Shown here one piece after another: positions 37,139 to 46,980 of a stretch of DNA of 55,210 nucleotides. The position numbers and the translations under genes were made by a program. Below the pieces are notes generated by a model. The model saw nothing but the letters and a program-made list of their open reading frames with translations. It was not told the origin of the DNA and did not search any database. Position 1 is the first letter of the stretch. Every line of letters starts with the position of its first letter. Location of the stretch: positions 1-55,210 of IMG/VR virus record IMGVR_UViG_3300049053_000107; one strand, 5' to 3'. This stretch comes from a virus (taxonomy: Duplodnaviria; Caudoviricetes).

Positions 37139-39531
37139 CGATAATAAGGCCTTTGACGGCCATAAATGTTGAATCTTTTAACAGTACCATCCTGTTTCCA
37201 ATTCTTCATTTTTTTAAGGATTTCGTGGATAAATTTTGTGTTGTTTGTGGTCATATCTTTTTGCATTCCGTTAAGCACTTCACACCATATTTCAGCCACA
37301 CAAACAGCCGTTCTCTGGACTGTTCCTTTTTCAGAAATGTCGTCTTCACCACCTGCTAAAAAGCTCCTGCGTTCATAGATATTTTTATCTTCCCAAGCGG
37401 TTGGCAGAAGTGTTTCCAGGTAGGTTTCAATCATTCCCTGGCGCTCATCTACTTCGCTGTGCTGTTCCCTGATTTGTTCAGCTACAAGTTTAATTTCTGC
37501 GGATAAATCAAGACTTTCACCTTTGGTATAGTAGTAGAAAGCTTCAGCCCATACCTGGTTAATTTCCGATTCAGTAAACTCCTTAAAAACATCTTTGGTG
37601 GGGCTATTTACCAATGTAGCAATTGGCAAAAATCGGCGGTTGCCATAGGCACCAGTCAGGAACGTATCACGGTTTGTAGTAGCTATAAAAATGCTTTGCC
37701 TGGGATAGCTTACTTTTTGCCTGCCATAAGCCGGACGATAATCATCTGCGGGGCTGCTAATAAAACGTTTAATAGCGTCCTGATCAGCTCTGCGAAAAGA
37801 TGCCAGTTCAGCAATTTCCATGATCCATACACCGCGTAAACTCTCCATTCCGTCTTTTGCGTGTATGTCACCAAGGCAATCAGAAAACCACTGCTTTGCC
37901 AGTTTTGCTATAATGGTACTTTTGCCAATACCTTCTTTGCCAACAAGAGTAAGTACGGTGTCAAACTTTACTCCTGGCTGCATAACACGGGCTACAGCAG
38001 CAACTAAAGTTTTACGTGTAATAGCCTTTATATAATCTGAATTATCAGCGCCTAAGTAATAAATAAACAGCGTTTCCAATCGTTTGGCGCCATCCCATTT
38101 TAAGCTTTGCAGGTATTCACGTACAGGGTGAATTTTATGTTCCGTACGGATCTTGGCAAGTGCTTTTTGAATATGGGTAAAAGGCATATTGTTACCTTCC
38201 AGGTAGTGCGCCAGGCAATCAGAGTCATCGTCAGAAAAATCTTTTGTAGTGTCACTAACTTTACGCCAGGGTAGATTTTTAATAGCAATTAGCCTTTGTT
38301 CAAATTCATCATATACCAGAGCATTTTTTAGCCGCGGGTCGTGTTTTAGAATAATGTAAATATTATCAATGGTAGATAAAAATTTTCCTTGACGATCTGC
38401 TTTTAAAAGCTTTTTCCATTCATCATTTGCTTTGGTATCTTCAATTTCAACACCGCTAAAAGCTTCATCAATATCAGCAGTAAGCTCTTTTGCTCTTGTA
38501 TAATTTACCTCTTTATCATTACTGGCTAATTCCTGCATGGCTTTATAAGAAGGCAAATTGATAGATTTTACATTTACGGGAGAACCTTCATCTTTTAATC
38601 CAAACTTGTGAATACGTACCAGGTCAAAGGCATTGCACAAATTCCCGCTTATTGGATCGGTGCCATGGTGAGAAAAAACAAATTTATCATCGTACACAAC
38701 CAGACCGGCACTAGTGCTCCCTTCTTTATAACTATAACGGCCTTCAACGTCGCAAGGCTCATAAACGTCAGATAAGTATTTTTCGATTGCTTCGCTGATC
38801 GTGTAGGTCCTGCAGAAAGCACCGATAATACCTTTTTTTTCCAGTGGATCACCCTGCTTTTTTATTTCACGGTCAATAAGCGCATTTTCCTTTGTACCGG
38901 TTGGCCAGCTACTTGTATCAGTCCAATCGGTGTAGGTGGCCAGTGTTTCATCTACATCGAGCCAGGGGCCGTCTTGGGAGTAAAATAAAAACTCACCATC
39001 TTTTGCAGTAGAAGGCCAGTACATTATTTGCGAAGGCTTAAAGCTTGTTGTATGATCAAAGAGGTCAATACCAATATTATCAGCTATACGCCTGCTAATG
39101 GCTTTAAATTCATCAATACTCACTTCCCGGCTCAGTGGTATCACAACCCGAAAACGCGGCGATTTTGGGCTATGTTTATGTGTGGTATAAAAGACAGCAG
39201 CGCAGTTATAAAGCAACGTGAAATTCTCCCACGCATCCATACTGCCATAATCCATATCGAGAGTAAGAAGTTGCCGGTGCATCACAGTATGAACTTTACG
39301 CTTACCACCTTGCAGATAACCACCTACAAACCCGCCAACGTCCTTTATTTCATCTTGGCGCTTACGGTCAAAGGCAATGTATTCGCTATAGGTTTCTGCT
39401 GTTGTGTGTGTCTCAGATAACTTTTTAACCAGGTCACTCCATTGCATTTGTTTATTCTTCCAGGTAGCTTGCAATCTGGTTTTTCCTATGGCGATATCCA
39501 AGATACCATCGTATTTTACAGGTTCGGTCAT
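37042..39531 (-). CDS. Primase fused to a VirE/VapE-like P-loop ATPase
   Basis: N-terminal LTLDMD, THKH and PRFRV primase motifs; GKEGIGKST Walker A; GNRRF. Confidence 0.85.
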   Translation of the reverse strand: MTEPVKYDGILDIAIGKTRLQATWKNKQMQWSDLVKKLSETHTTAETYSEYIAFDRKRQDEIKDVGGFVGGYLQGGKRKVHTVMHRQLLTLDMDYGSMDAWENFTLLYNCAAVFYTTHKHSPKSPRFRVVIPLSREVSIDEFKAISRRIADNIGIDLFDHTTSFKPSQIMYWPSTAKDGEFLFYSQDGPWLDVDETLATYTDWTDTSSWPTGTKENALIDREIKKQGDPLEKKGIIGAFCRTYTISEAIEKYLSDVYEPCDVEGRYSYKEGSTSAGLVVYDDKFVFSHHGTDPISGNLCNAFDLVRIHKFGLKDEGSPVNVKSINLPSYKAMQELASNDKEVNYTRAKELTADIDEAFSGVEIEDTKANDEWKKLLKADRQGKFLSTIDNIYIILKHDPRLKNALVYDEFEQRLIAIKNLPWRKVSDTTKDFSDDDSDCLAHYLEGNNMPFTHIQKALAKIRTEHKIHPVREYLQSLKWDGAKRLETLFIYYLGADNSDYIKAITRKTLVAAVARVMQPGVKFDTVLTLVGKEGIGKSTIIAKLAKQWFSDCLGDIHAKDGMESLRGVWIMEIAELASFRRADQDAIKRFISSPADDYRPAYGRQKVSYPRQSIFIATTNRDTFLTGAYGNRRFLPIATLVNSPTKDVFKEFTESEINQVWAEAFYYYTKGESLDLSAEIKLVAEQIREQHSEVDERQGMIETYLETLLPTAWEDKNIYERRSFLAGGEDDISEKGTVQRTAVCVAEIWCEVLNGMQKDMTTNNTKFIHEILKKMKNWKQDGTVKRFNIYGRQRPYYRVNTRGFRVDNRVDKKEWGVNTDNTNVNTNLN

Positions 39532-39659
39532 TTTGTTAAAATTGTTGTGTTACTACTCTTAATTTCGTAGGTCGGATTTTTAAAAAAGGTTAACACGTAA
39601 CCTGGTTATAGTTCTCCATTGAATTATTTTTTAATCTTCTACAGCTTTACTTCTATTTC

Positions 39660-39902
39660 TTAAACTTCTGAGTGCTCTTGAGGGTTCTGTTCTGGGTTGA
39701 GTTTGGATTTGGCTGCCTCATCTTTATCATGGTACAGGCATAAAGCGTGACCATAAATTTCATCGGCTTCTGGGTTCATTCGGTTAATAAGGGCAGCGCA
39801 TGGGAAACAATAATACTTTCTAGTTGAATGATTAAAAAAGACAGCGTTTTTATTATTACAGGCTGTTCTATTACATTCTTCTTTAAAATCTCCTTTCGCC
39901 AT
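39660..39902 (-). CDS. Small zinc-finger-like protein
   Basis: CNRTAC...YYCFPCA..IN; probable ATG at 39902. Confidence 0.55.
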   Translation of the reverse strand: MAKGDFKEECNRTACNNKNAVFFNHSTRKYYCFPCAALINRMNPEADEIYGHALCLYHDKDEAAKSKLNPEQNPQEHSEV

Positions 39903-39987
39903 AATTGTATTTTTTATAAATTCTCTTTTTAAATCAGTTCTCTTTATTGGGGGTTTATTTTGGTTATCCGGCTGAATTGCTACTAGC

Positions 39988-40014
39988 ATCGCCTGTTGTG
40001 TCACTCACTTGTAC
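39988..40014 (-). repeat. 27-bp site A (GTACAAGTGAGTGACACAACAGGCGAT on the minus strand)
   Basis: 22/27 inverted match to the site at 40701. Confidence 0.7.
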
Positions 40015-40033
40015 GTTTAGTTCGCTATTGAGC

Positions 40034-40681
40034 TTATTTGTTTTTAATTTTAGAAACATCAACTTTGATTATTTCGTAATCTTCATTGTACATAAACAAA
40101 TTATTTTTCTTAAATGCTTTTTTCATCACTGCAATTTCAATCATATCCCAACTGACATTTTTAATAGAGTTTAAAATATAAACATCCTTTCCGGTGATGC
40201 CTTCTTTTATAGCTCTTTCACACATTCCGTTGAATATTACAGGCGCACCCATATATGAACCTCCTGACAATGGTAGTAATGATGAATCAGAATATATTTC
40301 GTCCGCCCTCTTAACTGCATTCCAAGTTTTTTCAAGGTCGTGCCAAGCATAATCCAGCACTTCTGCAAAAACTCTCCTGATGTAATTAACTTTCCTTTCT
40401 TCACACAAAGACATTACGGTTTGCTGTGCTCTTTCAAGTTCACTAGCGTGTAGTATATCTGATTCAATGTATATCCTTCTTTTAATGTCGGTTTCTGTAT
40501 GTCCTGTAGCATAACCGTAATCATCTACCCACTCTTTAGATTCAAGACATTTCTTACAGGTAACCTTAGTTGGGTCTATAGTTGCCTCTTCCTTTTCGCT
40601 ATGGCTATGAATTTCTTTTCCGCAAAAAGTAGTGTAATTAAATTTACCTCCATAACCAATAGTGTAATGTGTTTTTTTCAT
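40034..40681 (-). CDS. Hypothetical protein bracketed by inverted 27-bp sites
   Basis: 215-aa ORF with an N-terminal CG..VTCKKC zinc-like motif. Confidence 0.6.
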   Translation of the reverse strand: MKKTHYTIGYGGKFNYTTFCGKEIHSHSEKEEATIDPTKVTCKKCLESKEWVDDYGYATGHTETDIKRRIYIESDILHASELERAQQTVMSLCEERKVNYIRRVFAEVLDYAWHDLEKTWNAVKRADEIYSDSSLLPLSGGSYMGAPVIFNGMCERAIKEGITGKDVYILNSIKNVSWDMIEIAVMKKAFKKNNLFMYNEDYEIIKVDVSKIKNK

Positions 40682-40700
40682 TGCTCAATTATTTGTTACA

Positions 40701-40727
40701 GTACAAGAGTGTGACACAAGGGACGAT
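40701..40727 (+). repeat. 27-bp site B (GTACAAGAGTGTGACACAAGGGACGAT)
   Basis: Inverted partner of 39988; direct partner of 40923. Confidence 0.7.
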
Positions 40728-41665
40728 CATTCAGGGCTATTAAGTTTAGGTACTAACATATAATGGGTTGAAACTGCAAAGGGTTGATCCTCTTCCATCC
40801 ACCTTCGCCATTCGCCATTATCATACAGTATCAATACATCGCTTTCTGATGCCATAGCCTCTATAAATCCTTTATCTTCTTTGTTATCAATAGGCATCCA
40901 TTGTCCAGTAGAATTACCAGACGTACAAGAGTACGACGCAACGGAATCCAAATCAGGGCTATCCAGCTTAGTACCCACTTCCTTTTCTTCTTCTTTGGCT
41001 AGAAATTTTTTAAAAACATTTTCATAAAGACTATCAGTAAGCATACCTATTTCTGAAAGAAAAAGTTTTGGATTACCAACCCCATTTTGTAAAGAATAAA
41101 GTTCGTTTTGAATAGCTTCTTTGATACTATCTTCATCAACACCAGATACTTCTTTACTGGCTACAGTAGGGTTCTGTTCTTTATTTAATAATGAAGCAAT
41201 ACTTACTACTGAACCACTACCTGAATCATCACCATAAATAATATAATCTTCTCCGGGTGGATGGTAATAATTCTCAAAGCCGGGGTATCTCGACTTGGCA
41301 ACCCGTATCGCTTTCTTTATAATTTCTTCACTCAGAGGCTTATCTTCTCTGCCTTGTGGTAGTGGTACAGCAACTATTTTTTTTGTTCCAGTATAGCAAT
41401 CGTATAGTTCTTTATGAGTACCACGCCAAACACCTTTTCTTATTTCTACACGATATTCAATTTTAAATTCATCCAAACTATACACTCCCCCATCCTTTAA
41501 TTTTAGTTCAGGGCTTACAGTAATGCCTGATTCTAGCCATGATTTGTAGGCTTCCCAATTATCGGGAACACCATTAAGCTCTTTTGATACTTCGGGCTTC
41601 TGAACTTCCGGCAAAGGCAATAGCTTACCGTATTCTTCTCGATAGATGTGGGGTTCTTTACTCAT
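40727..41665 (-). CDS. Mosaic hypothetical protein
   Basis: Contains the third site (40923) just before a WMPI...THYMLVP (DUF551-like) C-terminal module. Confidence 0.5.
   Translation of the reverse strand: MSKEPHIYREEYGKLLPLPEVQKPEVSKELNGVPDNWEAYKSWLESGITVSPELKLKDGGVYSLDEFKIEYRVEIRKGVWRGTHKELYDCYTGTKKIVAVPLPQGREDKPLSEEIIKKAIRVAKSRYPGFENYYHPPGEDYIIYGDDSGSGSVVSIASLLNKEQNPTVASKEVSGVDEDSIKEAIQNELYSLQNGVGNPKLFLSEIGMLTDSLYENVFKKFLAKEEEKEVGTKLDSPDLDSVASYSCTSGNSTGQWMPIDNKEDKGFIEAMASESDVLILYDNGEWRRWMEEDQPFAVSTHYMLVPKLNSPE
40923..40945 (+). repeat. Site C (GTACAAGAGTACGACGCAACGGA)
   Basis: 19/23 direct match to site B. Confidence 0.6.
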
Positions 41666-41668
41666 GGG

Positions 41669-41899
41669 TTATAGGTTTTTTGTCTTTAATCTTATTTCTC
41701 CAACAATTGCCATACAGGCAGCGCATTGTTCTTTACACCCTTCTTGTGGCCCGAATAAAATATACTGTTCTTCTTTTTCGCTCAGGCCCAAATCCTTTAT
41801 TTCATTATAAGTTTTATTCCACTCTTCAATCGAAAAACCAACTTCTTCCGTTAAATGCTGACAATAGAAATGGGGCTTATCTGCTATGTCTTTACTCAT
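41669..41899 (-). CDS. Hypothetical Cys-containing protein
   Basis: FYC...CKEQCAAC. Confidence 0.55.
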   Translation of the reverse strand: MSKDIADKPHFYCQHLTEEVGFSIEEWNKTYNEIKDLGLSEKEEQYILFGPQEGCKEQCAACMAIVGEIRLKTKNL

Positions 41900-42084
41900 G
41901 GTTGTTTAGATTTTTTCAGTTCAGCATTACGTTTACCTCTTTCCCACTCCTGCATACTTTCTTTAGTGGCAAACCATCCGAAATGGCAGTTAATTGTATC
42001 TGACCCATTAAGGCCACAATCATATCCTGCATCATAAGCAGAATTAAAATTTTTAGGTTCGGTAGCTATGTCTTTTGCTTCCAT
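41896..42084 (-). CDS. Small protein with an Rmf/CrpP-like pattern
   Basis: AYDAGYDCGLNG..CHF...WERG. Confidence 0.45.
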   Translation of the reverse strand: MEAKDIATEPKNFNSAYDAGYDCGLNGSDTINCHFGWFATKESMQEWERGKRNAELKKSKQP

Positions 42085-42114
42085 GTTCTTTGTTGGTTTG
42101 TTTTTTATTAGGGG

Positions 42115-42324
42115 TTAGCATTGACGTTTAACAGCTTTAATAATTGTCATAGCCATTGTTTTATTGGCGTGGCCTCCTCTTGGTGAATAGGTTGTTACAT
42201 ATCTGCCGTTTTTAAAAACCTTACCGTCCAAGTGCTGCCACGTGCCGGTAAACTGAACAACCCATTTATCACCAGTGTCTTTATCGGTAACATGAACTTC
42301 TGTTTTTTCAAATTCCAATTTCAT
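42115..42324 (-). CDS. Hypothetical protein
   Basis: Short ORF in the early operon. Confidence 0.5.
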   Translation of the reverse strand: MKLEFEKTEVHVTDKDTGDKWVVQFTGTWQHLDGKVFKNGRYVTTYSPRGGHANKTMAMTIIKAVKRQC

Positions 42325-42330
42325 ACCTTA

Positions 42331-42930
42331 TTATTTACTGGTTATTTGTTTTTGTGCTGCTCTGTAGCCTTGCCAATATTCATCTTTCCATTTATCGTAA
42401 AGGGCTGCACCTGATAAAAAATATTCTTTCTCTTTGCTATACCATTGGTCTGCTGCTGGCTCATAAACCCACTCGTGTGAACTTGCCCACTCTGCAAACA
42501 TTATTGCTTCACTTGCGGTATAATCGTTATCAGCCATATCTTCTATAGCTTTGATTTCTTCAGGTGATAAAGCCTCTACATCTTCTTTCTCCTTTAAGGG
42601 AAGGGAAACTTTTTTAAGCCAATATTTTACCTGAACAAACCACCTAGTTTCAGATTGCTTTGTCCCTGAATGATATAAAACACCAATTCTGCTTGTATCG
42701 TTGGGAATTATAAAATATTCTCCTTCCTCTGTTGGCATTTCATCGGCTATACTTACAGCCACATAACATTCTTTCAGGGGAAGGGTTTGTGCTTCTAGCC
42801 CATCCATAGCTTTAAAAAGTAATTGCTGTATTTCATAAAAGATAGCTTCATAATTTAGCTTGCCATCCTTAGTTGCCTTTACTCTTAATTCATCTATTTT
42901 TTCAACCGCTTGTTTCAGGTTATTTTCCAT
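42331..42930 (-). CDS. Hypothetical protein
   Basis: 199-aa ORF in the early operon. Confidence 0.55.
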   Translation of the reverse strand: MENNLKQAVEKIDELRVKATKDGKLNYEAIFYEIQQLLFKAMDGLEAQTLPLKECYVAVSIADEMPTEEGEYFIIPNDTSRIGVLYHSGTKQSETRWFVQVKYWLKKVSLPLKEKEDVEALSPEEIKAIEDMADNDYTASEAIMFAEWASSHEWVYEPAADQWYSKEKEYFLSGAALYDKWKDEYWQGYRAAQKQITSK

Positions 42931-42983
42931 ACAATGCTTTTTGTTTTTGTTCCTTAGAAAATTATTTTGGTGCGATGCGTATT

Positions 42984-43415
42984 TTAAAACGGTAAATCCT
43001 CAACGGCTTCCGCTTCCTGTTTTATTTCTACCCACTTTGCCGATTTGCTACGCCAGCAATAGAAGAAATACTTCTTTATGTTTGGCAATTTCTTTATACA
43101 GGCTATGTTGTCAATGTGATAGCCAATGTCCTCATAACGTCGATCAATGTTATAGCCTGTCAGCGTTTTGCCTTTAAGTCCGATATAGTTCACTCGCACA
43201 CACCATTTTCTAAAATCTTCCAGTGTGATAGTGAACGGTATTCCATCCCTGGCAGCACGTCCTTTTACATTGTTGAATGCATAACGTACCGGGTCTGCCA
43301 ACCTGCTTTTTCTACTCCTGCAACCACCACACATTTTACCTTGGCATTCATTGGTGCAATAAAGCACCTGACAAATTCCCTTGGTAGTATGTTTTTTAAA
43401 TTGCAGGGGTTTCAT
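42984..43415 (-). CDS. HNH-like/zinc-finger nuclease-like protein (possibly degenerate)
   Basis: RA...GIPFTITLEDF and IDR....GYHIDNI......N..K. Confidence 0.55.
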   Translation of the reverse strand: MKPLQFKKHTTKGICQVLYCTNECQGKMCGGCRSRKSRLADPVRYAFNNVKGRAARDGIPFTITLEDFRKWCVRVNYIGLKGKTLTGYNIDRRYEDIGYHIDNIACIKKLPNIKKYFFYCWRSKSAKWVEIKQEAEAVEDLPF

Positions 43416-43860
43416 AGTGTTTCCTTCGTGGATCCAGAATAAACATTGCTACGTGTCTACCAGTGCCAGGGCCTTGCATATTATCTTCAGTCGAATGCCA
43501 GCGAACATTTTTTAAGTTCCTTACTTCAGCGCCTAATTCATTTAGCAGCATCAACACCCATTTGTCAATTGGATAAACCAACACAACCAGTTTTCCTTTT
43601 TTATATTCTTCAATACATTTTCTAGCCCATGCCGTTGGTCCTTTCTTTTTTTTGTCGATAGCACATACATAAGAACCAAAAGGAGGATTGACATAATTCC
43701 TTTGACCCCACTCAGTTCTTAAACCGTCAAATCCTTCTGGCTTAGGGTAAGGACATGGATCAAAGTCAAATTGAAATTCATCCTGCAATTGTTTCATCAG
43801 GTCGGGTGGCGTTAACCAGTAATGTTTTCCATCTGCTTTATTTCCGTTTTCGAATGCCAT
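43396..43860 (-). CDS. Phage DNA N6-adenine methyltransferase (short Dam-like)
   Basis: WLTPP, FDFDPC and VNPPF motifs. Confidence 0.8.
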   Translation of the reverse strand: MAFENGNKADGKHYWLTPPDLMKQLQDEFQFDFDPCPYPKPEGFDGLRTEWGQRNYVNPPFGSYVCAIDKKKKGPTAWARKCIEEYKKGKLVVLVYPIDKWVLMLLNELGAEVRNLKNVRWHSTEDNMQGPGTGRHVAMFILDPRRKHYETPAI

Positions 43861-45819
43861 TTAATCTTTTTTATAGTACATAGTCTCAAATCCATCAGCA
43901 GCCAAAGGCAAACCCTTAGCCCAGCTAATTGGCATACTCATAATTTGGTTTACTTCATCCAGACTACCAACGCCAAGCGGCATTTCCATAACTATTTCAT
44001 CGTGTATATGGGCAATGATCTTATAGCCTTTATCGTGCAGACGGAGCATAGCAGTTGCCAGAACATCACGGGCCACAGCCTGCACAATGTTTTCCACCAA
44101 TTTCCCACCGTATGTATTCTGCTTACCCCACTGCTTTGTTGTCTGGTTCATGCCTTCATAGATCAACGTATATCCGTTAAAGGCGTTTGGCCGGGTAGAA
44201 GGTTTTAAATAACAAAGTCGTCTGCCACTTGGCAATTGAATAAAGAAGATGCCTTTTTCTTTCAGCATCTTCACACCATGGTTTAAAACAATTGTTTGGC
44301 CTGTCTGTACACAGGTGTTTGCTGCTTCACCTACCTGGTACCAATAGCTGCAAATCTTCCGGTTAGCATTACGCCACATCTTAACCAGCTTCGGTAATTC
44401 CTCTTCCACAAGGCCCATGCGTAAAGCGCCCATTGCTATTAGCGCATTAGGTCCACCCTGGTAGCCCAATGCCAGTTCTGCGATCTTTGCCTTATGCCGC
44501 CATTCACTTGTTTTAGTAACTTTCTCAATGGGTATTTTAAACATGTGCGCTGCAGTAGCTTCATAAATTTTACCGTGAGTATTAAATACGTCCAGCTTCC
44601 AGCGTTCACCACTGAGCCATGCAATTATTCTTGCTTCAATAGCTGACAGGTCACTTATGATTAATCTATTTCCAGGCTCTGGAATAAAAGCAGTGCGTAT
44701 AAGCTGGCTTAAGGTATCAGGCACATTACCGTAAAGCATTTGTAGTAATTCCAGGTCATTACGCTTTACTACTTCCCTTGCCAGGTCCAAATCTTTCATT
44801 TCGTTACGTGGAAGGTTTTGCATTTGCACAATGCGACCAGCAAACCTTCCTGTTCTATTGGCACCGTAGTATTGAAACAATCCGCGAATACGGTTGTCGC
44901 TGCATTTGCTTTTAACCATGGCCGCATACTTCTTTACAGAAGTCTTTGACATTTCCTGCCGTATGTTTAGGACACGCTTAATAGTATCAGCACCTATATA
45001 GCCGTCTACCTTAGTAAGCAGTTCCGGTATATCTGTTTTTTTCAGAGTATCAATATCATCAAGCGGCATTTCCTTGGTTAACCATTCTTTCAATTGAGAC
45101 ACACTGTTAGGATTGCTAAGGCCAGTGAGCTTAATTGCTTCAGTGGTTAGTTTCTCTTTATAGATGCCTTCCATGCTGATTGCATTTTTTACCAATTCAG
45201 GATCTACCAACACGCCGGTATCGTTTATTTGCTGATCCAGGTGCCACAGTCTTTTTTCAACAGGAGGTATTTCGAAAAAGGAAATTTTGTTTTTAATTGC
45301 TTGTTCGGCTACTACGTCCTGCGCACAATAGTCTTTGAATTGCTGCCACTTTACCGGGTCATGTTGCGGCAGGTTACGTGTTCTGCCACCATTAGCTTTT
45401 GTAGGCTTGCAGGGCATCGAGAAATAACGGATAAGTGGTTTACCATTTCCTTTTTGTTCGGTTAAGTTTAGCACTCTGGCAACTGTTTCAAGATTGAGAG
45501 GCAAACCAAGCATTGAGGCATGTACGGCTGTACACTGCCATTGGTCAACGGGTAATTTTAATTTGAAATATTTATTAAGGGCCGTCCTTTCGAAGTTGGC
45601 ATTAAAAGCACATTTTATTATTGAGGGGTTAGTAAGTGCATTCTCAATTTCTAAAGGCAAGTGTTCGCCTTGTGCCATGTCTACTACTTCAACCGGACGG
45701 CCATCAAGAGAGTAGCCAAATAGCAATATTTCAAAATCAGGAGCTTCCACGTATTTGTATACACCCGTGTTTTTTATTTCGTTGCTGCTATAGGTTTCTA
45801 TGTCTATGGCTAATTGCAT
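43861..45819 (-). CDS. polA: Family A DNA polymerase with 3'-5' exonuclease domain
   Basis: IDIETYS, SDLSAIEAR, KIAELALGYQGG and HIHDE; ATG at 45819 overlaps the RT stop (TAATG). Confidence 0.93.
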   Translation of the reverse strand: MQLAIDIETYSSNEIKNTGVYKYVEAPDFEILLFGYSLDGRPVEVVDMAQGEHLPLEIENALTNPSIIKCAFNANFERTALNKYFKLKLPVDQWQCTAVHASMLGLPLNLETVARVLNLTEQKGNGKPLIRYFSMPCKPTKANGGRTRNLPQHDPVKWQQFKDYCAQDVVAEQAIKNKISFFEIPPVEKRLWHLDQQINDTGVLVDPELVKNAISMEGIYKEKLTTEAIKLTGLSNPNSVSQLKEWLTKEMPLDDIDTLKKTDIPELLTKVDGYIGADTIKRVLNIRQEMSKTSVKKYAAMVKSKCSDNRIRGLFQYYGANRTGRFAGRIVQMQNLPRNEMKDLDLAREVVKRNDLELLQMLYGNVPDTLSQLIRTAFIPEPGNRLIISDLSAIEARIIAWLSGERWKLDVFNTHGKIYEATAAHMFKIPIEKVTKTSEWRHKAKIAELALGYQGGPNALIAMGALRMGLVEEELPKLVKMWRNANRKICSYWYQVGEAANTCVQTGQTIVLNHGVKMLKEKGIFFIQLPSGRRLCYLKPSTRPNAFNGYTLIYEGMNQTTKQWGKQNTYGGKLVENIVQAVARDVLATAMLRLHDKGYKIIAHIHDEIVMEMPLGVGSLDEVNQIMSMPISWAKGLPLAADGFETMYYKKD

Positions 45820-46769
45820 TAGGCTAATAACTTTTTTAAAAGGTTTTTGCTGTTGCAGTGTTTCGCCCAACCCCAATAAGATGCAATGGAAGAAAGGTTT
45901 TTCCTTTTGGCTACCATACGGGCAAAATTTTGTTTGATACTTTTTCTTAAAAGAATGTGAGTGTGATAAAAACGGTAACCTACAAAATCCAGACTACGTG
46001 CGTCAACAGGAAATACCTGGTAATTACCTTTTACCGATAGGTTTAATTTCTCGACTAAATAGCTTTTGAGCTCTTTAAATAATTCGTGTAAATACTGCTT
46101 ATCATCTGAAAGGATAACCAGATCATCTGCATAGCGGAAATAGTACTTTACGCCTTTGGTTTCTTTCAGCCAGTGGTCAAAATAGGTGAGATAGAAATTT
46201 GCTAAATACTGAGATAGATAATTACCTATTGGTAACCCTGGTGCGCTGTCAATGATTTCGTCTAACAACCAAAGCAGGTCCTGATCTTTTATTTTCCTTC
46301 GTAATAACTGTTTTAAGATGGCATGATCTACCGATGGATAAAACTTCTTAATATCCAATTTCAAACAATACTTAGTACTTGCTTCATCACGAAGTGCTTT
46401 TTTTACTTTATTCGCAGCGTTATGAATACCTCTTCCTTTAATGCAACTGAAAGTATTAGCAATAAAACACGAAACAAACAACGGTTCTAAAACATTCATT
46501 ATAGCATGATGCGTAATCCTGTCAGGGTAATAAGGTAATTTATAAACATCTCTTTCTTTTGGTTCAAATACTTTGAAAATTTTATACGGAGAGGTTTTAT
46601 AAGTTTTATTTATTAGGGATTGATGAAGCTTAGTAATGTTGTTCTCCCGGTCAATGTCGTGAGCTTTAACACTGTACTGATTTTGTTTGCCTTTACGGGC
46701 AATAGTGTCGGCAAGCATAAGATTTTCTACGCTGCAAATTTGTTCATATAAATTACCTAATCGTTTCAT
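45819..46769 (-). CDS. DGR reverse transcriptase
   Basis: GLPIGNYLSQ and YFRYADD; 316 aa with no maturase/HNH domain; adjacent TR and VRs. Confidence 0.95.
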   Translation of the reverse strand: MKRLGNLYEQICSVENLMLADTIARKGKQNQYSVKAHDIDRENNITKLHQSLINKTYKTSPYKIFKVFEPKERDVYKLPYYPDRITHHAIMNVLEPLFVSCFIANTFSCIKGRGIHNAANKVKKALRDEASTKYCLKLDIKKFYPSVDHAILKQLLRRKIKDQDLLWLLDEIIDSAPGLPIGNYLSQYLANFYLTYFDHWLKETKGVKYYFRYADDLVILSDDKQYLHELFKELKSYLVEKLNLSVKGNYQVFPVDARSLDFVGYRFYHTHILLRKSIKQNFARMVAKRKNLSSIASYWGWAKHCNSKNLLKKLLA

Positions 46770-46864
46770 CCTTTGCTTAATTGAATCACCTTCACTTTCG
46801 TTACCAGTGCTTCTTTTTTAAAATCATTTTTTGCCAAGAGGCAAGGCTTGTACTTAAATTATTT

Positions 46865-46931
46865 AGCAATTGCGGGAGCTAACATTCGAATTCGTGTAGT
46901 TGTCATTGACGTTGTTCAGCGAAAAGCCAGA
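46865..46931 (-). repeat. DGR template repeat (TR)
   Basis: Intergenic; reads SGFSLNNVNDNYTNSNVSSRNC; 18 adenines, all at codon positions 1 or 2. Confidence 0.93.
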
Positions 46932-46980
46932 AGCAAAACAGCACAAAGCCAAAATGCAACACTCCAAGTAGTACACAACC

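Noticed and set aside
45820-45876. 19-aa N-terminal extension of PolA given in the ORF track
   Set aside because: It overlaps the RT; the ATG at 45819 (TAATG coupling, directly before the exonuclease motif) is the more plausible start
45819-46769. RT as a group II intron, retron or Abi RT
   Set aside because: No maturase/endonuclease domain, and the adjacent adenine-specific TR/VR pairs identify it as a DGR RT
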